Source of the DNA: Promethearchaeota archaeon Loki_b31
Lineage (GTDB): Archaea; Asgardarchaeota; Lokiarchaeia; Sigyniarchaeales; SOKP01
DNA: 64,000 bases
Reading direction: 5' to 3'
Assembly (NCBI GenBank): GCA_005222975.1
Contig: NJBI01000004.1
Span: 1 to 64,000 of the forward strand
A program made the translations under genes and the position numbers. Positions 1-10,596 of this stretch are shown here, piece after piece. The notes below the pieces were generated by a model. That model was not told where the DNA came from, searched no databases, and was given only the letters and a program-made list of their open reading frames with translations. Position 1 is the stretch's first letter; every line of letters starts with the position of its first letter.

Positions 1-1757
1 ATTATTATTCGGATATCCCCGGAGTATTTTTGACCTATAACAAGACAATCAGCGATCTCAGGTAATTGTTCTACAACATTATAGATTTCTGCAGTACCAA
101 TTCGTACTCCAGAAGGTTTTAAAACTGCGTCCGATCGACCCCAGAAGGTAATACCACCTGTATCGCTATGAATGACTATATAATCGCCATGTCTCCAAAT
201 CATTTTTCCTACGTCTTTATAGTAGTCAAAATAGGCAGCTTTATATTTTGTCATGTTATCGTCATCGCCCCAAAAATAGATTGGCATCGAAGGTACGGGA
301 GCTTCACACACAAGTTCGGCCTGTAAATCTTCAACAGGTTCAGCTTTTTCAGAATACGATTCTACTTTCATTGCTAAAGCACGCCCTTGCAATTCTCCAG
401 AATATACCGGTAAAATAGGTATCGCTCCAGCAAAACAACCGTTAATATCTGTTCCGCCACTGATTGAATTGAAAAAGAGATCTTTTTTAATCTCTCGATA
501 GACATATTCAAAACCTTCAGGAGATAATGTAGATGCAGTTTGCGAGATCTCTCTTAATGCACTTAGGTCATATTTCTCAGCAGGTTTTACCCCAAGTCCC
601 ATTAGGTAATGAATATACGCAGCACTAGTACCAAATATAGTTACCTTATGTTTTTCAATTAATTCAAAAAACCTTAATGGTTCTGGATATAGCGGATTAC
701 CATCATATAAGAATATTGTTGCGCCCGTGGCTAAGGCACTGATAAGCCAGTTCCACATTTTGGCTGGTATAAAGATACCTTATACCATCATCCATGAGGG
801 CGCAGTAATATAATTAATGACATCGCTTCTTTTTACATCAGTAGATAAGATTAATTCTTTTAAATGATTGATCAATACGCCACCAGCGCCTTGAACCATA
901 CACTTTGGTTTCCCCGTTGTTCCTGATGAAAACATCACGTATAAAGGATGATCAAAAGGTAATTGTTCAAATTCAAGACCAGGATCTTCCTCTTTTGAAA
1001 TAAAATCATCCCAATGTACTGCATTTGGGATGTGGCTTATCTCAGGTTTTCCATCAGTGATGTAAGTCGCCACTACTACTTTTTCTATCGAAGGAATAGC
1101 TTCAACCACAGTTTTAGCATTCTCGGTGATATTAAATTCTTTGTCCCTATAGAAATATCCATCAACAGTAAAGAGAACTTTTGGCTCAATTTGTCCAAAA
1201 CGATCGATGACTGCGTTCGGTTGTAATTCTGCGCCACACGATGCCCAAGTTGCGCCAATGGTAGTAGCAGCTAACATTGCAATAGGGGTTTCAATCAAAT
1301 TTGGAATATATGAAACAACTCGATCCCCTACTTTGACACCCATTTCCTTGAGAGATTTTGCTAAGCGTGCAACTACTTTATTTAGTTCGGCATAAGTAAT
1401 TTGCTTCGAAACCTTGGTTTCTCCTTGAAAAACAAAAGCTAATTGGTCATCTTTATACTTCAATAAGTTTTCCGCAAAATTCAATTTTGCTCCGGGAAAC
1501 CATTTAGTTCCTGGGAAAATGTTTAGATCCTCAACCACTCTATCATATATCTTGGAAGCTACAATACCTCCAAAGGCCCACATAGCCGCCCAGAAATCCT
1601 CAATCTTTTCTACAGACCATCTATATAGATCTTTACCTCCCTTAATTTCTTGACCATATTTTTTATTTACATATTCGATAAACTTGGTTATCTCAGCATT
1701 TTTAATCCATTCAGCGGAGGGTTCCCATAATTTTTTTTTATTTGAAATGATTAGCAC
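1..1757 (-). CDS. Acetoacetyl-CoA synthetase (acetoacetate-CoA ligase), interrupted by a 30-nt putative BHB intron at 759-788; 3' end runs off the window
   Basis: N-half has WFPGAKLNFAENLL and the adenylation motif MFSSGTTGKPKC. After the insert the same frame continues without stops to position 1 (MWNWLISALATG...SISGGTDINGCF...WRHGDY...GRSDAVLKPSGVRIGTAEIY). Confidence 0.93.
759..788 (-). other. Putative BHB-type mRNA intron (30 nt) in acetoacetyl-CoA synthetase
   Basis: mRNA CA-UGGA-UG|A-UGGUAUAAGG(UAU)CUUUAUACCA-GCCA-AA|A-UG: 10-bp inner stem, two 3-nt bulges, central helix with one A.G mismatch. Removal gives ...W-M-M-W-N-W. Confidence 0.8.
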
Positions 1758-2085
1758 CTCTTAATTTGTAATCTTTCGACATTATATTTAATTCGTTTAT
1801 ACTAATTGGTTATTGAATATTTCTATTACGATATTTATTCTATTAAATCTTTCTGAATTGCAATATTTAAGTGCTTCATGCAATTAAAATAGTAAAAAAT
1901 TGTTGTTTTCAGTTTTGTATTTAAGGAATTTTCAACAAAAATATTCTATAAAATTTAATATTTTAACACATATTATCATTTTTCGCATTATTTTCTTATT
2001 GTCTTCCAACTTATTAACAGAATTTATAATTCAAATTTAATTCTTAACTTTAAATACAATTACATCTATAGATATTTTAATTGGG

Positions 2086-3105
2086 GTGTTTAATTTTTCA
2101 GAAATGAAGATATTAAAAGAAGGTACAGGAGAGATCTTCTGTAAAAATACGCCTTCTGAAGTGAGAAAATGGACCAGAGAAAATAAATCGCGTGCTTTAA
2201 TAGATAAACGTATGAAAATTAAAGACGCCGTAAAAAAGTATGTTAAAGACGGTGATTATTTAGCTATTGGAGGATTTGGCCACATTAGAATCCCCATGGC
2301 TATAATATACGAAATTGTAAGGCAACGAATTAAAGATTTATCCGTTGCGGGGCATACTGCTGTTCAAGATATTGATATGTTAATGGCCGGTGGTTGTGTA
2401 TCTGCTGTTGATATTGCTTATGTCGTTGGATTTGAGCTTCGAGGCCTTTCTGGAGTTCAGAGACGGCAGTTTGAAAGTGGGCAAGTTAAAAAAACAGATT
2501 ACACTAATGGAGCAATGTCTTATCGTATTCGAGCTGGTGCTCAAGGGGTACCGTTTATTCCAGTTAAAGTGATGCTTGGAACTGATACGATGATGCATTC
2601 CCCTGGTAAAGTTGTTAAGTGCCCATTTACCGGAGAAAAAGTATTGTTACTGCCATCATTAAACCCAGATGTTTGTATAATTCACGCACATAGAGCAGAT
2701 ATGTACGGAAACATTCAGATTGACGGACACATCGTTAAAGACGACTTACAAGCGAGAGCCTCAAAGAGGGTTATAGTCATGTGTGAAGAATTAATAAGCG
2801 ATGACATCATTAGACAAGACCCAGGTAAGACCGTCATTCCTTTTTATATGGTAGATGCTGTTGTAGAACAACCTTGGGGTTCACATCCTGGCAATATGCC
2901 GTATAAATACTATTTTGATCACACATTTACTGAAGATTACTTAACAGTAGGCAGGAACAAAGATCCGAAAGTATTAGAAAAATGGTTAGAAGATTGGGTA
3001 TATAGTCTTGATAGTTTTGACGATTATTTAGTGAAATTAGGACCTAGAAGGCTCTATAACCTTAGAGATGCTGAATTTTTAAGAGAACCAGTGAGGGGAG
3101 ATTAA
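2086..3105 (+). CDS. Family I CoA-transferase subunit A (glutaconate CoA-transferase-like); start may be ATG 2104
   Basis: VKDGDYLAIGGF, GAQGVPFIP, HAHRADMYGN, PWGSHP motifs. Confidence 0.9.
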   Translation: MFNFSEMKILKEGTGEIFCKNTPSEVRKWTRENKSRALIDKRMKIKDAVKKYVKDGDYLAIGGFGHIRIPMAIIYEIVRQRIKDLSVAGHTAVQDIDMLMAGGCVSAVDIAYVVGFELRGLSGVQRRQFESGQVKKTDYTNGAMSYRIRAGAQGVPFIPVKVMLGTDTMMHSPGKVVKCPFTGEKVLLLPSLNPDVCIIHAHRADMYGNIQIDGHIVKDDLQARASKRVIVMCEELISDDIIRQDPGKTVIPFYMVDAVVEQPWGSHPGNMPYKYYFDHTFTEDYLTVGRNKDPKVLEKWLEDWVYSLDSFDDYLVKLGPRRLYNLRDAEFLREPVRGD

Positions 3106-3108
3106 AAA

Positions 3109-3888
3109 ATGACCGCTGAAAATTATTCATTAAGAGAATTAATGGCAGTTGTTGCAGCTAGGCAATTGCAAGATGGAAAAGCAGTAGCAGTGGGAACGGG
3201 GTTACCGCTAGTAGCAACAATGTTTGCTCAGCTAACTCACGCTCCCAATTTGGTTATCTTTTTTGAAGCTGGTGGAATCGCACCACAATTACCTACACTT
3301 CCCGTATCCGTTGGAGATTCACGAACTATCCATAAAGCCTTATGCACAACCACATTAATCGATATTATGGATTCTATGCGTAGAGGTTTTATTGATTACG
3401 CCTTCTTAGGTGGAGCACAAATAGATAGTTATGGTAATCTTAATTCCACTATGATCGGAGACGATTACGAAAAACCTAAAGTGCGATTTCCGGGTTCAGG
3501 AGGTGCAAACGATTTTGGTTCACTCGCTTGGGAAACGCTTATAATAATGGATCGACATAGTCCTCGAAGATTTGTTGAAAAAGTAGATTTCATTACAACA
3601 CCGGGTTTTTTATATGGTCCTGGAGCCAGAGAAGAGGAGGGTTTATCTGAAAATACTGGTCCTTCGCGCGTTATTACAGATTTATGTTTAATGGATTTTG
3701 AACCAGAATCAAAACGAATGAGGTTAATTGCAACTTATCCGGGAATTACGGTTGATGATGTAATAAAAGCAACTGGTTTTGAATTGATTATTGCAGATGA
3801 TGTGGAAATTACAAAACCACCCACTGAGGAGGATTTAAGATTATTGCACGAAGTAATAGACCCTAACGGTTTTGTATTTAAAAAATAA
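3109..3888 (+). CDS. CoA-transferase subunit B (glutaconate CoA-transferase-like)
   Basis: FFEAG catalytic Glu region, FLGGAQIDSYGNLN, PGSGGAND; directly follows subunit A. Confidence 0.9.
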   Translation: MTAENYSLRELMAVVAARQLQDGKAVAVGTGLPLVATMFAQLTHAPNLVIFFEAGGIAPQLPTLPVSVGDSRTIHKALCTTTLIDIMDSMRRGFIDYAFLGGAQIDSYGNLNSTMIGDDYEKPKVRFPGSGGANDFGSLAWETLIIMDRHSPRRFVEKVDFITTPGFLYGPGAREEEGLSENTGPSRVITDLCLMDFEPESKRMRLIATYPGITVDDVIKATGFELIIADDVEITKPPTEEDLRLLHEVIDPNGFVFKK

Positions 3889-3967
3889 ATCTTTTTTTTA
3901 ATTTTTTTATGAGGTAGCAAATTAGTATATGAAAAAAAAAAGTAAAATAATTTTACTTATTAAAGTA

Positions 3968-4294
3968 CTACTCAGGCATCTTCATTCCGATCATTTCTAG
4001 TGCTTCTGTTATTTTGAACCGAACTTCGATGTTGTATTTATACCCTTCTATGTCATGGTACGCAACCATCAATTTTTGTTGTAAATTTAGAAATTCCTCT
4101 AATTTCCCTTCTTTTACATCGTGAACACTAATGACTTCAATACCTTCCATAGTAGCCTTTACAGCATTTGGTATAATTTCCTTAGCTAATGCTCTCGTAG
4201 CAGGTCGCGCATCTTTCATCTCTTTTAAATACAATTTCGCTGATTCAGGTATTTTATGAGCTGGTACTAAACTATATGTAAACACATACAGCAT
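3968..4294 (-). CDS. Hypothetical protein (~108 aa)
   Basis: ORF with GAGGTG Shine-Dalgarno 6 nt before the ATG at 4294. Confidence 0.7.
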   Translation of the reverse strand: MLYVFTYSLVPAHKIPESAKLYLKEMKDARPATRALAKEIIPNAVKATMEGIEVISVHDVKEGKLEEFLNLQQKLMVAYHDIEGYKYNIEVRFKITEALEMIGMKMPE

Positions 4295-4560
4295 ATTTTT
4301 CACCTCTATTTTTTTTTTCATCTAAGAAATATGATTTTTACTTAAATGTAAATTATCTTTCTATTTCATTTGTATTTAAATGTTTACATTTTTGTTAATT
4401 GAAATACATATAAATAAAAATTTAACAAATTAAGTTCTATAAATGACTTAATATTGGATGTAGCAATTTAAAATAAACTCGTTTTATTTTAATAGTAAAT
4501 TTTAATTGAATTTTTTTCATTACTACCTTATATAATCTAAACGGAAATAATTTTGAGATA

Positions 4561-5808
4561 ATGACAATTTTCGACGAAGCCTTAAAAGGCAATATTACTA
4601 AAGAAATGCTCCACATAGCCGAGATCGAGAGAGTTGATGTTAGAAAACTTATGAAAAAGATCTCGAAAGGACAGGTAGTTATAATGAAAAGGGAGAATTT
4701 TAAACCTGTAGGAATAGGTTTCCCTTTGAGAACAAAAATTAACGTTAATCTCGGTACATCTTCTTCGGCTATAAACTTAAGTGAAGAATTTAAAAAAGTA
4801 GAAATTGCTCAGAAATATGGAGCTGATACTTTGTCTGATCTCTCGATGGGCGGTGATATTGACGCAATTAGAAAGAGAGTTTTAGAGATTTCGAGCGTTC
4901 CTATAACCACCGTTCCAATTTATCAAGCTATTATTGAAGCGGATTCTGTTTCAAATGTTTCAGAAGATTTAATTTTTAAAGTAATAGAAAAGCAAATAAA
5001 AGACGGAATTAGTTCCATCGTTATCCATACTGGTTTTAACCTTGAAACTTTGAATAAAATGAAAGGAAAACGAATAATGAAAATAGTTTCAAAAGGAGGT
5101 AGTTTAACGGCCTCTGTTATGAAATCTAACGAGGTTGAAAACCCGTTTAAAAAAAATTTTGGATACCTTCTCGAAATAATTAAAGAATACGACATTGTAA
5201 TAAACCTAGGAAATGCATTGAGAAGTGGATGCATCCACGATAAAGTGGACGAATTTCAACTCTCTGAAATAAAAACAAATAATAAATTAGCCAAAATGGC
5301 AAACAAAGCCGGTCTTCAAGTAATATTAGAAAGTTTGGGAGGTCACATAAACGCAAAAGACATAATTAAGTGGGTAAAACTACATAAAAAATTAACCAAT
5401 AATCGGCCGTTATTCGTTTCAGGCCCACTTCCCATTGATACAGCTACAGGTCACGATCATATTGCTGCGGCGATTGGGGGAGCATTTGCTTCTGGTTTTG
5501 GTGCAGATTACATATGTGCGATCACACCAGCGGAACACCTTTGTCTACCTTCTCTTGATGATATTAAAAATGGATTAATAGCTTGTAAAATTGCTGCCCA
5601 TGTAGGTGACTCTATGAAATTTGGGTTGAACCATCTATTTAGCGACGATTTAGAGCTCTCAAAGAATCGATTCTTAAAGAACTGGAAAAAACAATTTGAA
5701 TATTGTATAGACCCCGACGATCCAAAAAAAAGACATTTAGATAGTGAAGAGATTTGTACTATGTGCGGGAATCATTGTGCTTTATCTATATCAAAAGAAA
5801 TATTGTAA
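4561..5808 (+). CDS. Divergent ThiC/BzaAB-family radical SAM protein
   Basis: TKINVNLGTS, GADTLSDLSMGG, ITPAEHL, C-terminal CTMCGNHC; paralog of the canonical ThiC at 43160. Confidence 0.85.
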   Translation: MTIFDEALKGNITKEMLHIAEIERVDVRKLMKKISKGQVVIMKRENFKPVGIGFPLRTKINVNLGTSSSAINLSEEFKKVEIAQKYGADTLSDLSMGGDIDAIRKRVLEISSVPITTVPIYQAIIEADSVSNVSEDLIFKVIEKQIKDGISSIVIHTGFNLETLNKMKGKRIMKIVSKGGSLTASVMKSNEVENPFKKNFGYLLEIIKEYDIVINLGNALRSGCIHDKVDEFQLSEIKTNNKLAKMANKAGLQVILESLGGHINAKDIIKWVKLHKKLTNNRPLFVSGPLPIDTATGHDHIAAAIGGAFASGFGADYICAITPAEHLCLPSLDDIKNGLIACKIAAHVGDSMKFGLNHLFSDDLELSKNRFLKNWKKQFEYCIDPDDPKKRHLDSEEICTMCGNHCALSISKEIL

Positions 5809-5809
5809 G

Positions 5810-7291
5810 TCATTTTATTTTTTGCTTGTAATTAACATATTCGCATACTTTTGCCAAGGCGTTAACGGGGCGATCCCATAACTTAAAAAGTAAGGCTCCG
5901 TTCTTCCTTAGTCTTTTTGACCACGGACTAGTAAAACTCATTGGATTAATGTATAATATCGGAACAGAATACTTTTGACAATTCTTCATGGTTGGCTGGA
6001 GCAATTTTTCAGCTAAATCGTCCAAATCTTCTTCTGATTGATTTTGGAATTCCGCGTATTTTGCAATTTTTTCGTTTTTAAGATAATCGTCCATTACATC
6101 TTGAAATCCAACTACGCCATACTGGAAAATAGCATCTATTTCGCCGGATTTCATTAACATTTCTGGAAGAGTTATATAAAAGTAGGGAAGATTCATATCG
6201 AACGTGACATCTACAGGGTTTTTAAAACTAGCTGTTGAAGGCAACATAGATTTTAATTCCTCTTGGAGCGGTTCTGAAAGTTCTGGAACGATTAAACCGT
6301 GCTTTTCAGCATTATTTGCAATCATAGCTCCTGGACCTCCGGAATTAGTTATAATACCTATTCGATTACCCTTTGGTATAATCCCGTTTGATAGAATTAA
6401 AGCTATATCTAAAAATTCTTGAACATAATCAGTACTAATAATACCAGTTTCTTTAAATACGGCGTCATAGATTTTAGAATCACCTGCTAGTGATCCAGTA
6501 TGGCTTTGTAAAGCACGATTCCCTCCCTGAGATCCCCCTACATAAATCGCAATAATCGGTTTGTTAGGGGTTGTTTCCCTCGCTAATTCTAAGAATTCTT
6601 TTCCACGCTTTAATTCTTCGATGTATAGTCCGATTACTTCAGTTTCTTTATCGTCTTTATAGTATTGTAAGCAATCTACGAGATCAATATTAGCTTCGTT
6701 TCCAACCGATAAGGATTTACTTAGCCCTAAATCTAAATTTTCGGGGTCAAACCATATGTGAGAAGATAAGGTTCCACTTTGGGAAGCAATTGAAAAATTT
6801 CCTTTCTTTAAGCGTTCCCATATGGCAATATTAAACGAACTCCTTTTATTACTAGGTTCGTACCAATTGTTGAACAAACCTAGGCAATTTGGACCAATAA
6901 ATCGTATCCCATAATTATTAGCAATTTCGTTAATTTCTTCTGTAAGTGTGTTTTTTCGGTCGTCAATTAATTCACGAAAGCCCCCAGATATCAGGATTAT
7001 TTTATTTACACCCTTTTCTCCACACTCTCTAAAAATTTGAGGGACCATTTTGGAATTAAGTACAATAACAACAAGATCAGGAACTTCAGGAACTTCGGAA
7101 AGCGTTTTATAAGCTTTAAAGCCCATAACGGTATCTAATTTAAGATGGATTGGATATACATTCCCACTGTACTCGGCTTTTATTAGGTTCATGATTTGAA
7201 TTGCTGCTAAAGAACCACCTTTATTATTAGCGCCATAAAAAGCGACACTTTTAGGATTTAAAAATCCTTGTAGGAAATGATCTCTGCTCAT
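5810..7291 (-). CDS. ADP-forming acyl/acetate-CoA ligase alpha subunit
   Basis: GPNCLG, SQSG, SVGNEAN, SHTGSLAG (phospho-His), TNSGGPG, NPVD. Confidence 0.9.
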   Translation of the reverse strand: MSRDHFLQGFLNPKSVAFYGANNKGGSLAAIQIMNLIKAEYSGNVYPIHLKLDTVMGFKAYKTLSEVPEVPDLVVIVLNSKMVPQIFRECGEKGVNKIILISGGFRELIDDRKNTLTEEINEIANNYGIRFIGPNCLGLFNNWYEPSNKRSSFNIAIWERLKKGNFSIASQSGTLSSHIWFDPENLDLGLSKSLSVGNEANIDLVDCLQYYKDDKETEVIGLYIEELKRGKEFLELARETTPNKPIIAIYVGGSQGGNRALQSHTGSLAGDSKIYDAVFKETGIISTDYVQEFLDIALILSNGIIPKGNRIGIITNSGGPGAMIANNAEKHGLIVPELSEPLQEELKSMLPSTASFKNPVDVTFDMNLPYFYITLPEMLMKSGEIDAIFQYGVVGFQDVMDDYLKNEKIAKYAEFQNQSEEDLDDLAEKLLQPTMKNCQKYSVPILYINPMSFTSPWSKRLRKNGALLFKLWDRPVNALAKVCEYVNYKQKIK

Positions 7292-7409
7292 AAATCTTCA
7301 CTTATAACAAAAAATATTTGATTCTTTTAATATTTAAATATATAAATTTAATAGCTCCAGAATAATATTTTCATTAACATATCAATCAAAAAGAGTTGAA
7401 TTTTTAAAA

Positions 7410-8399
7410 ATGGTAAGGATATTAACCAAGGAAAATGTAGCTCAGCTGCTAAACATGTCAGATGCGTTAAAATACGTCGAAGAAGCTTATAAACAATTAA
7501 CTTTAGGAAATGCCTTTGTTCCCCAACGAATTGCTATTACAGATCCAGCTCCAGGATTAACATTGATAATGCCGGGTATCATTGGAGGTGAAATGAGCGC
7601 TCTAGCAACTAAAATTGTTTCGGTATATAAACAAAACCCAGAAAAGTATAATATGCCTACTGTTTTAGCAAAGGTTATGATTCAAGACATAAATACGGGA
7701 GATATTGTTGGAATTATGGATGGAGGCCTTATTACGGCAATGCGAACCGGGGCAGCAACTGGTGTCTCTGTAAAATACTTAGCGCGAAAAAATAGTACTA
7801 AAATGAGTATTTATAGCGCGGGCGTTCAAGCAAGAAAGCAAGTAGCAGGTGTTTATTACGGATTAAACCAAAAATTAGAGAAATGTAAAGTTTTTGACTT
7901 TAAAAAAGATATTGCTGAAGCTTTTAAAATCGAAATCGAAAAAGAATTAGGAATTGAAGTTGAGATCGCCGAATCTGGAGATGACCTACTGTCTAATACT
8001 GACATCATAGTCGCAGCAACTACGAGCACAACCCCCTTATTTTCAGGAGATAAAGTGCCTGAGGGTACGCATATTTCTTCTATTGGTGCTCATGCCGCTG
8101 ATGTTCGAGAATTAGATTCTACAACAATAAAAAGAGCTTCTTTACTTGTAGCTGGATTAAAAGAAGCTTGTTTAGCTGAAGCAGGTGATTATATAATTCC
8201 TATTAGTGAAGGGATTATTTCTGAAAATGATATAATTTCGATAGGAAATATTATAACAGGAAAGGTATCTAGCCGAACTTCTGAATCGGAGATAACTGTG
8301 TTTAAATCTGTAGGAATAAGTGCGCAAGATGTAGCAGTTGGAAAATTAGTTTATGATCGAGCCTTAAAAGAAGGAATTGGACAAGATATTGATTTTTAA
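7410..8399 (+). CDS. Ornithine cyclodeaminase / mu-crystallin family (archaeal alanine dehydrogenase-like)
   Basis: ITAMRTGAA, AGVQA, FKSVGISAQD. Confidence 0.9.
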   Translation: MVRILTKENVAQLLNMSDALKYVEEAYKQLTLGNAFVPQRIAITDPAPGLTLIMPGIIGGEMSALATKIVSVYKQNPEKYNMPTVLAKVMIQDINTGDIVGIMDGGLITAMRTGAATGVSVKYLARKNSTKMSIYSAGVQARKQVAGVYYGLNQKLEKCKVFDFKKDIAEAFKIEIEKELGIEVEIAESGDDLLSNTDIIVAATTSTTPLFSGDKVPEGTHISSIGAHAADVRELDSTTIKRASLLVAGLKEACLAEAGDYIIPISEGIISENDIISIGNIITGKVSSRTSESEITVFKSVGISAQDVAVGKLVYDRALKEGIGQDIDF

Positions 8400-8575
8400 A
8401 GCATTATTTAAAATTTTTATTTTTAACCTTTCTAAATTTCTTATAAGAACGCATAAAATGGTGTGTAAACTCATTAATATCATATAACAAATACACATAA
8501 GAATTTGAAAAAATTATTTAATGCAAATAAATTTAATTTATGGAAATAAAAGTTAATTAAATTAAAAAAGGTAAA

Positions 8576-8875
8576 TTGGCAATGAGTGAAGAAGGAGAAG
8601 AAAAGAAGGAAAATATCTTAGATAAACTGAATACCGCATTTATAGATTTCGTTGGCGGGGCTTTTGGAGAAAGTGGTAAAGAATTCATTGAAGAGACTTC
8701 AGAGAAAATTAAAGAATTTTCGAGTGCTTCAATCAAACAATTTATGGAATTTTCTGATACAGTTATTGATAACCTTAAACTCTCAGAAAACGATCAAGTA
8801 ATGAAAATGCGAGATAGTGTTGAGGATCTATTAAAACAATCGGGACTCCTAGAAGAAGACGAAGAAGATTTCTAA
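8576..8875 (+). CDS. Small acidic hypothetical protein
   Basis: ORF fills an intergenic gap between AT-rich flanks. Confidence 0.7.
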   Translation: MAMSEEGEEKKENILDKLNTAFIDFVGGAFGESGKEFIEETSEKIKEFSSASIKQFMEFSDTVIDNLKLSENDQVMKMRDSVEDLLKQSGLLEEDEEDF

Positions 8876-8976
8876 CTAAAAATGTTGTATAATTAATATA
8901 TTTACTACTATTTTTCTATTTATTTTTATTTTCAAATATTAATTAGAAAACAAAAGCTCACAACTAAAAAATAAGA

Positions 8977-9231
8977 CTAAAGTACTTTTTTATCCTTTAA
9001 GAACGACTTTATTTCTTCTTTTGTAGCGTTAAACAGTTCAGAGATTACTGTTAAGGATATATCCTCGTCCATTCCTAATTTTGTATAATCTTCAAACAGT
9101 TTTACCCATGTTTCTTTTTGAGTGTACTTTTCTGGATGATCTTTTTGGACATGACTCCAATAAGGATGTTGTAGCTTAATGCCACAATAAGGACAAAAAC
9201 GTGTTTCATTTTCAGGCATAATTCTAACCAC
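8977..9231 (-). CDS. Small C2H2-like zinc-finger protein
   Basis: CPYC...HVQKDH. Confidence 0.7.
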   Translation of the reverse strand: MVRIMPENETRFCPYCGIKLQHPYWSHVQKDHPEKYTQKETWVKLFEDYTKLGMDEDISLTVISELFNATKEEIKSFLKDKKVL

Positions 9232-9377
9232 TATCGTATAATGAAATAAAATTTATTTTGAATAATTTTAATAAAATACTATTTGCTTAAAAAATTATCA
9301 ATTTTCAAAATATTAAATGGGAAAAAGCTTACAATTCTTACTTAAAAACAATAAATTCCTAAAAATATGCTCCTCTC

Positions 9378-10595
9378 CTATGATGAAGAATATTTCCCAT
9401 CCCACACAACTTTTCTATAATGATCTGGGTCTGTATCTCCTTCGGTGCTAATAAGTAGAATTCTAGATTCGCTAGATAATTTCATTTTCGATTTAATATC
9501 GCCGTAACTGTTATTTTGAAGTATTTCTGCCAATAAACCTAAACTTACTGCTCCTGATTCTCCTGAAATTATTTGAGGGTCGCTTGGTAGCGGATTACCA
9601 TAAATCCTCATACCCTTAGCGGCAATATCGTCTGAGCATGAAATAAAGACGTCGGAGTAATCTCTTAAAACATCCCAGGCAATTATGCTAGGTTTGCCAC
9701 AAGCAAGTCCTGCCATGATCGTTGATAATTTCCCTTTAACCGAATGCGGATTATTATCACCAATCTTCGCTGATTTATACAAACACGCAGCGTTATGCGG
9801 TTCGATTACAACGGTTATGGGTCTTTCTTTGCCTACTTTAGTCATAAGATATCCTTGAACACCTGCAGCTAAAGAACCAACCCCTGCTTGTAGAAATACG
9901 TGAGTAGGCGTGGAATATCCCTCAATTTTTAGCTGTTCAAAAACCTCGTCAATTAGAGTTGCATAACCCTGCATTATCCATGTTGGAATTTTGGTGTATC
10001 CTTCCCAAGCAGTATCTTGAATTAAAACGCCATTATTTTCAATTGCATAATTCGCAGCTATTTTTACTGTCTCATCGTAATAATCGTCCGTAACGATAAC
10101 TTCGGCGTTTTCATTTTTAATATTATTAACGCGGAACTTGGACGAGCCTTTAGGCATAAATACGATGGCTTTTTGGTCAAGTTCTCTAGCAGCCCACGCA
10201 ACACCTCGCCCGTGGTTTCCATCTGTGGCCGTTACAAATGTTAATTCTCCAATTTTCTTTTTATATTCGGGCGATTTTAAGTCGTCAAATGATAATTCGC
10301 TAATATCAATACCAAATTTAAGACTAAGATAACATCCAATTGCGTACGATCCTCCTAAAACTTTGAACGCATTCAATCCAAACCTATAGGATTCGTCTTT
10401 TACCCAAATTTTATTTATATATAATTTATTAGCTAAACCATCTAACGAACGAAGTGGCGTTGGTTGATATTGAGAGAACTTTTTATGGAAATTTCTGACT
10501 TTTTGGATAGTATCTATAGACATAAAATCGGTAGATGCTTTCTCGATTGATGGACCTCTTGAGCGATAATTGAAAAAAAACCTAATTCCTTTCAT
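9378..10595 (-). CDS. dpaL: Diaminopropionate ammonia-lyase
   Basis: VKDESYRFGLNAFKVLGGSYA, TDGNHGRG, QAGVGS, SGESGA, STEGDTD. Confidence 0.92.
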   Translation of the reverse strand: MKGIRFFFNYRSRGPSIEKASTDFMSIDTIQKVRNFHKKFSQYQPTPLRSLDGLANKLYINKIWVKDESYRFGLNAFKVLGGSYAIGCYLSLKFGIDISELSFDDLKSPEYKKKIGELTFVTATDGNHGRGVAWAARELDQKAIVFMPKGSSKFRVNNIKNENAEVIVTDDYYDETVKIAANYAIENNGVLIQDTAWEGYTKIPTWIMQGYATLIDEVFEQLKIEGYSTPTHVFLQAGVGSLAAGVQGYLMTKVGKERPITVVIEPHNAACLYKSAKIGDNNPHSVKGKLSTIMAGLACGKPSIIAWDVLRDYSDVFISCSDDIAAKGMRIYGNPLPSDPQIISGESGAVSLGLLAEILQNNSYGDIKSKMKLSSESRILLISTEGDTDPDHYRKVVWDGKYSSS

Positions 10596-10596
10596 T

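Noticed and set aside
780-782. Stop-codon readthrough (Sec/Pyl) or a sequencing error as the explanation for the split synthetase and histone genes
   Set aside because: The stops are TAA, not TGA/TAG, and lie inside discrete 30-nt structured insertions. Readthrough would add 10 residues into conserved motifs, and a point error cannot create such inserts.
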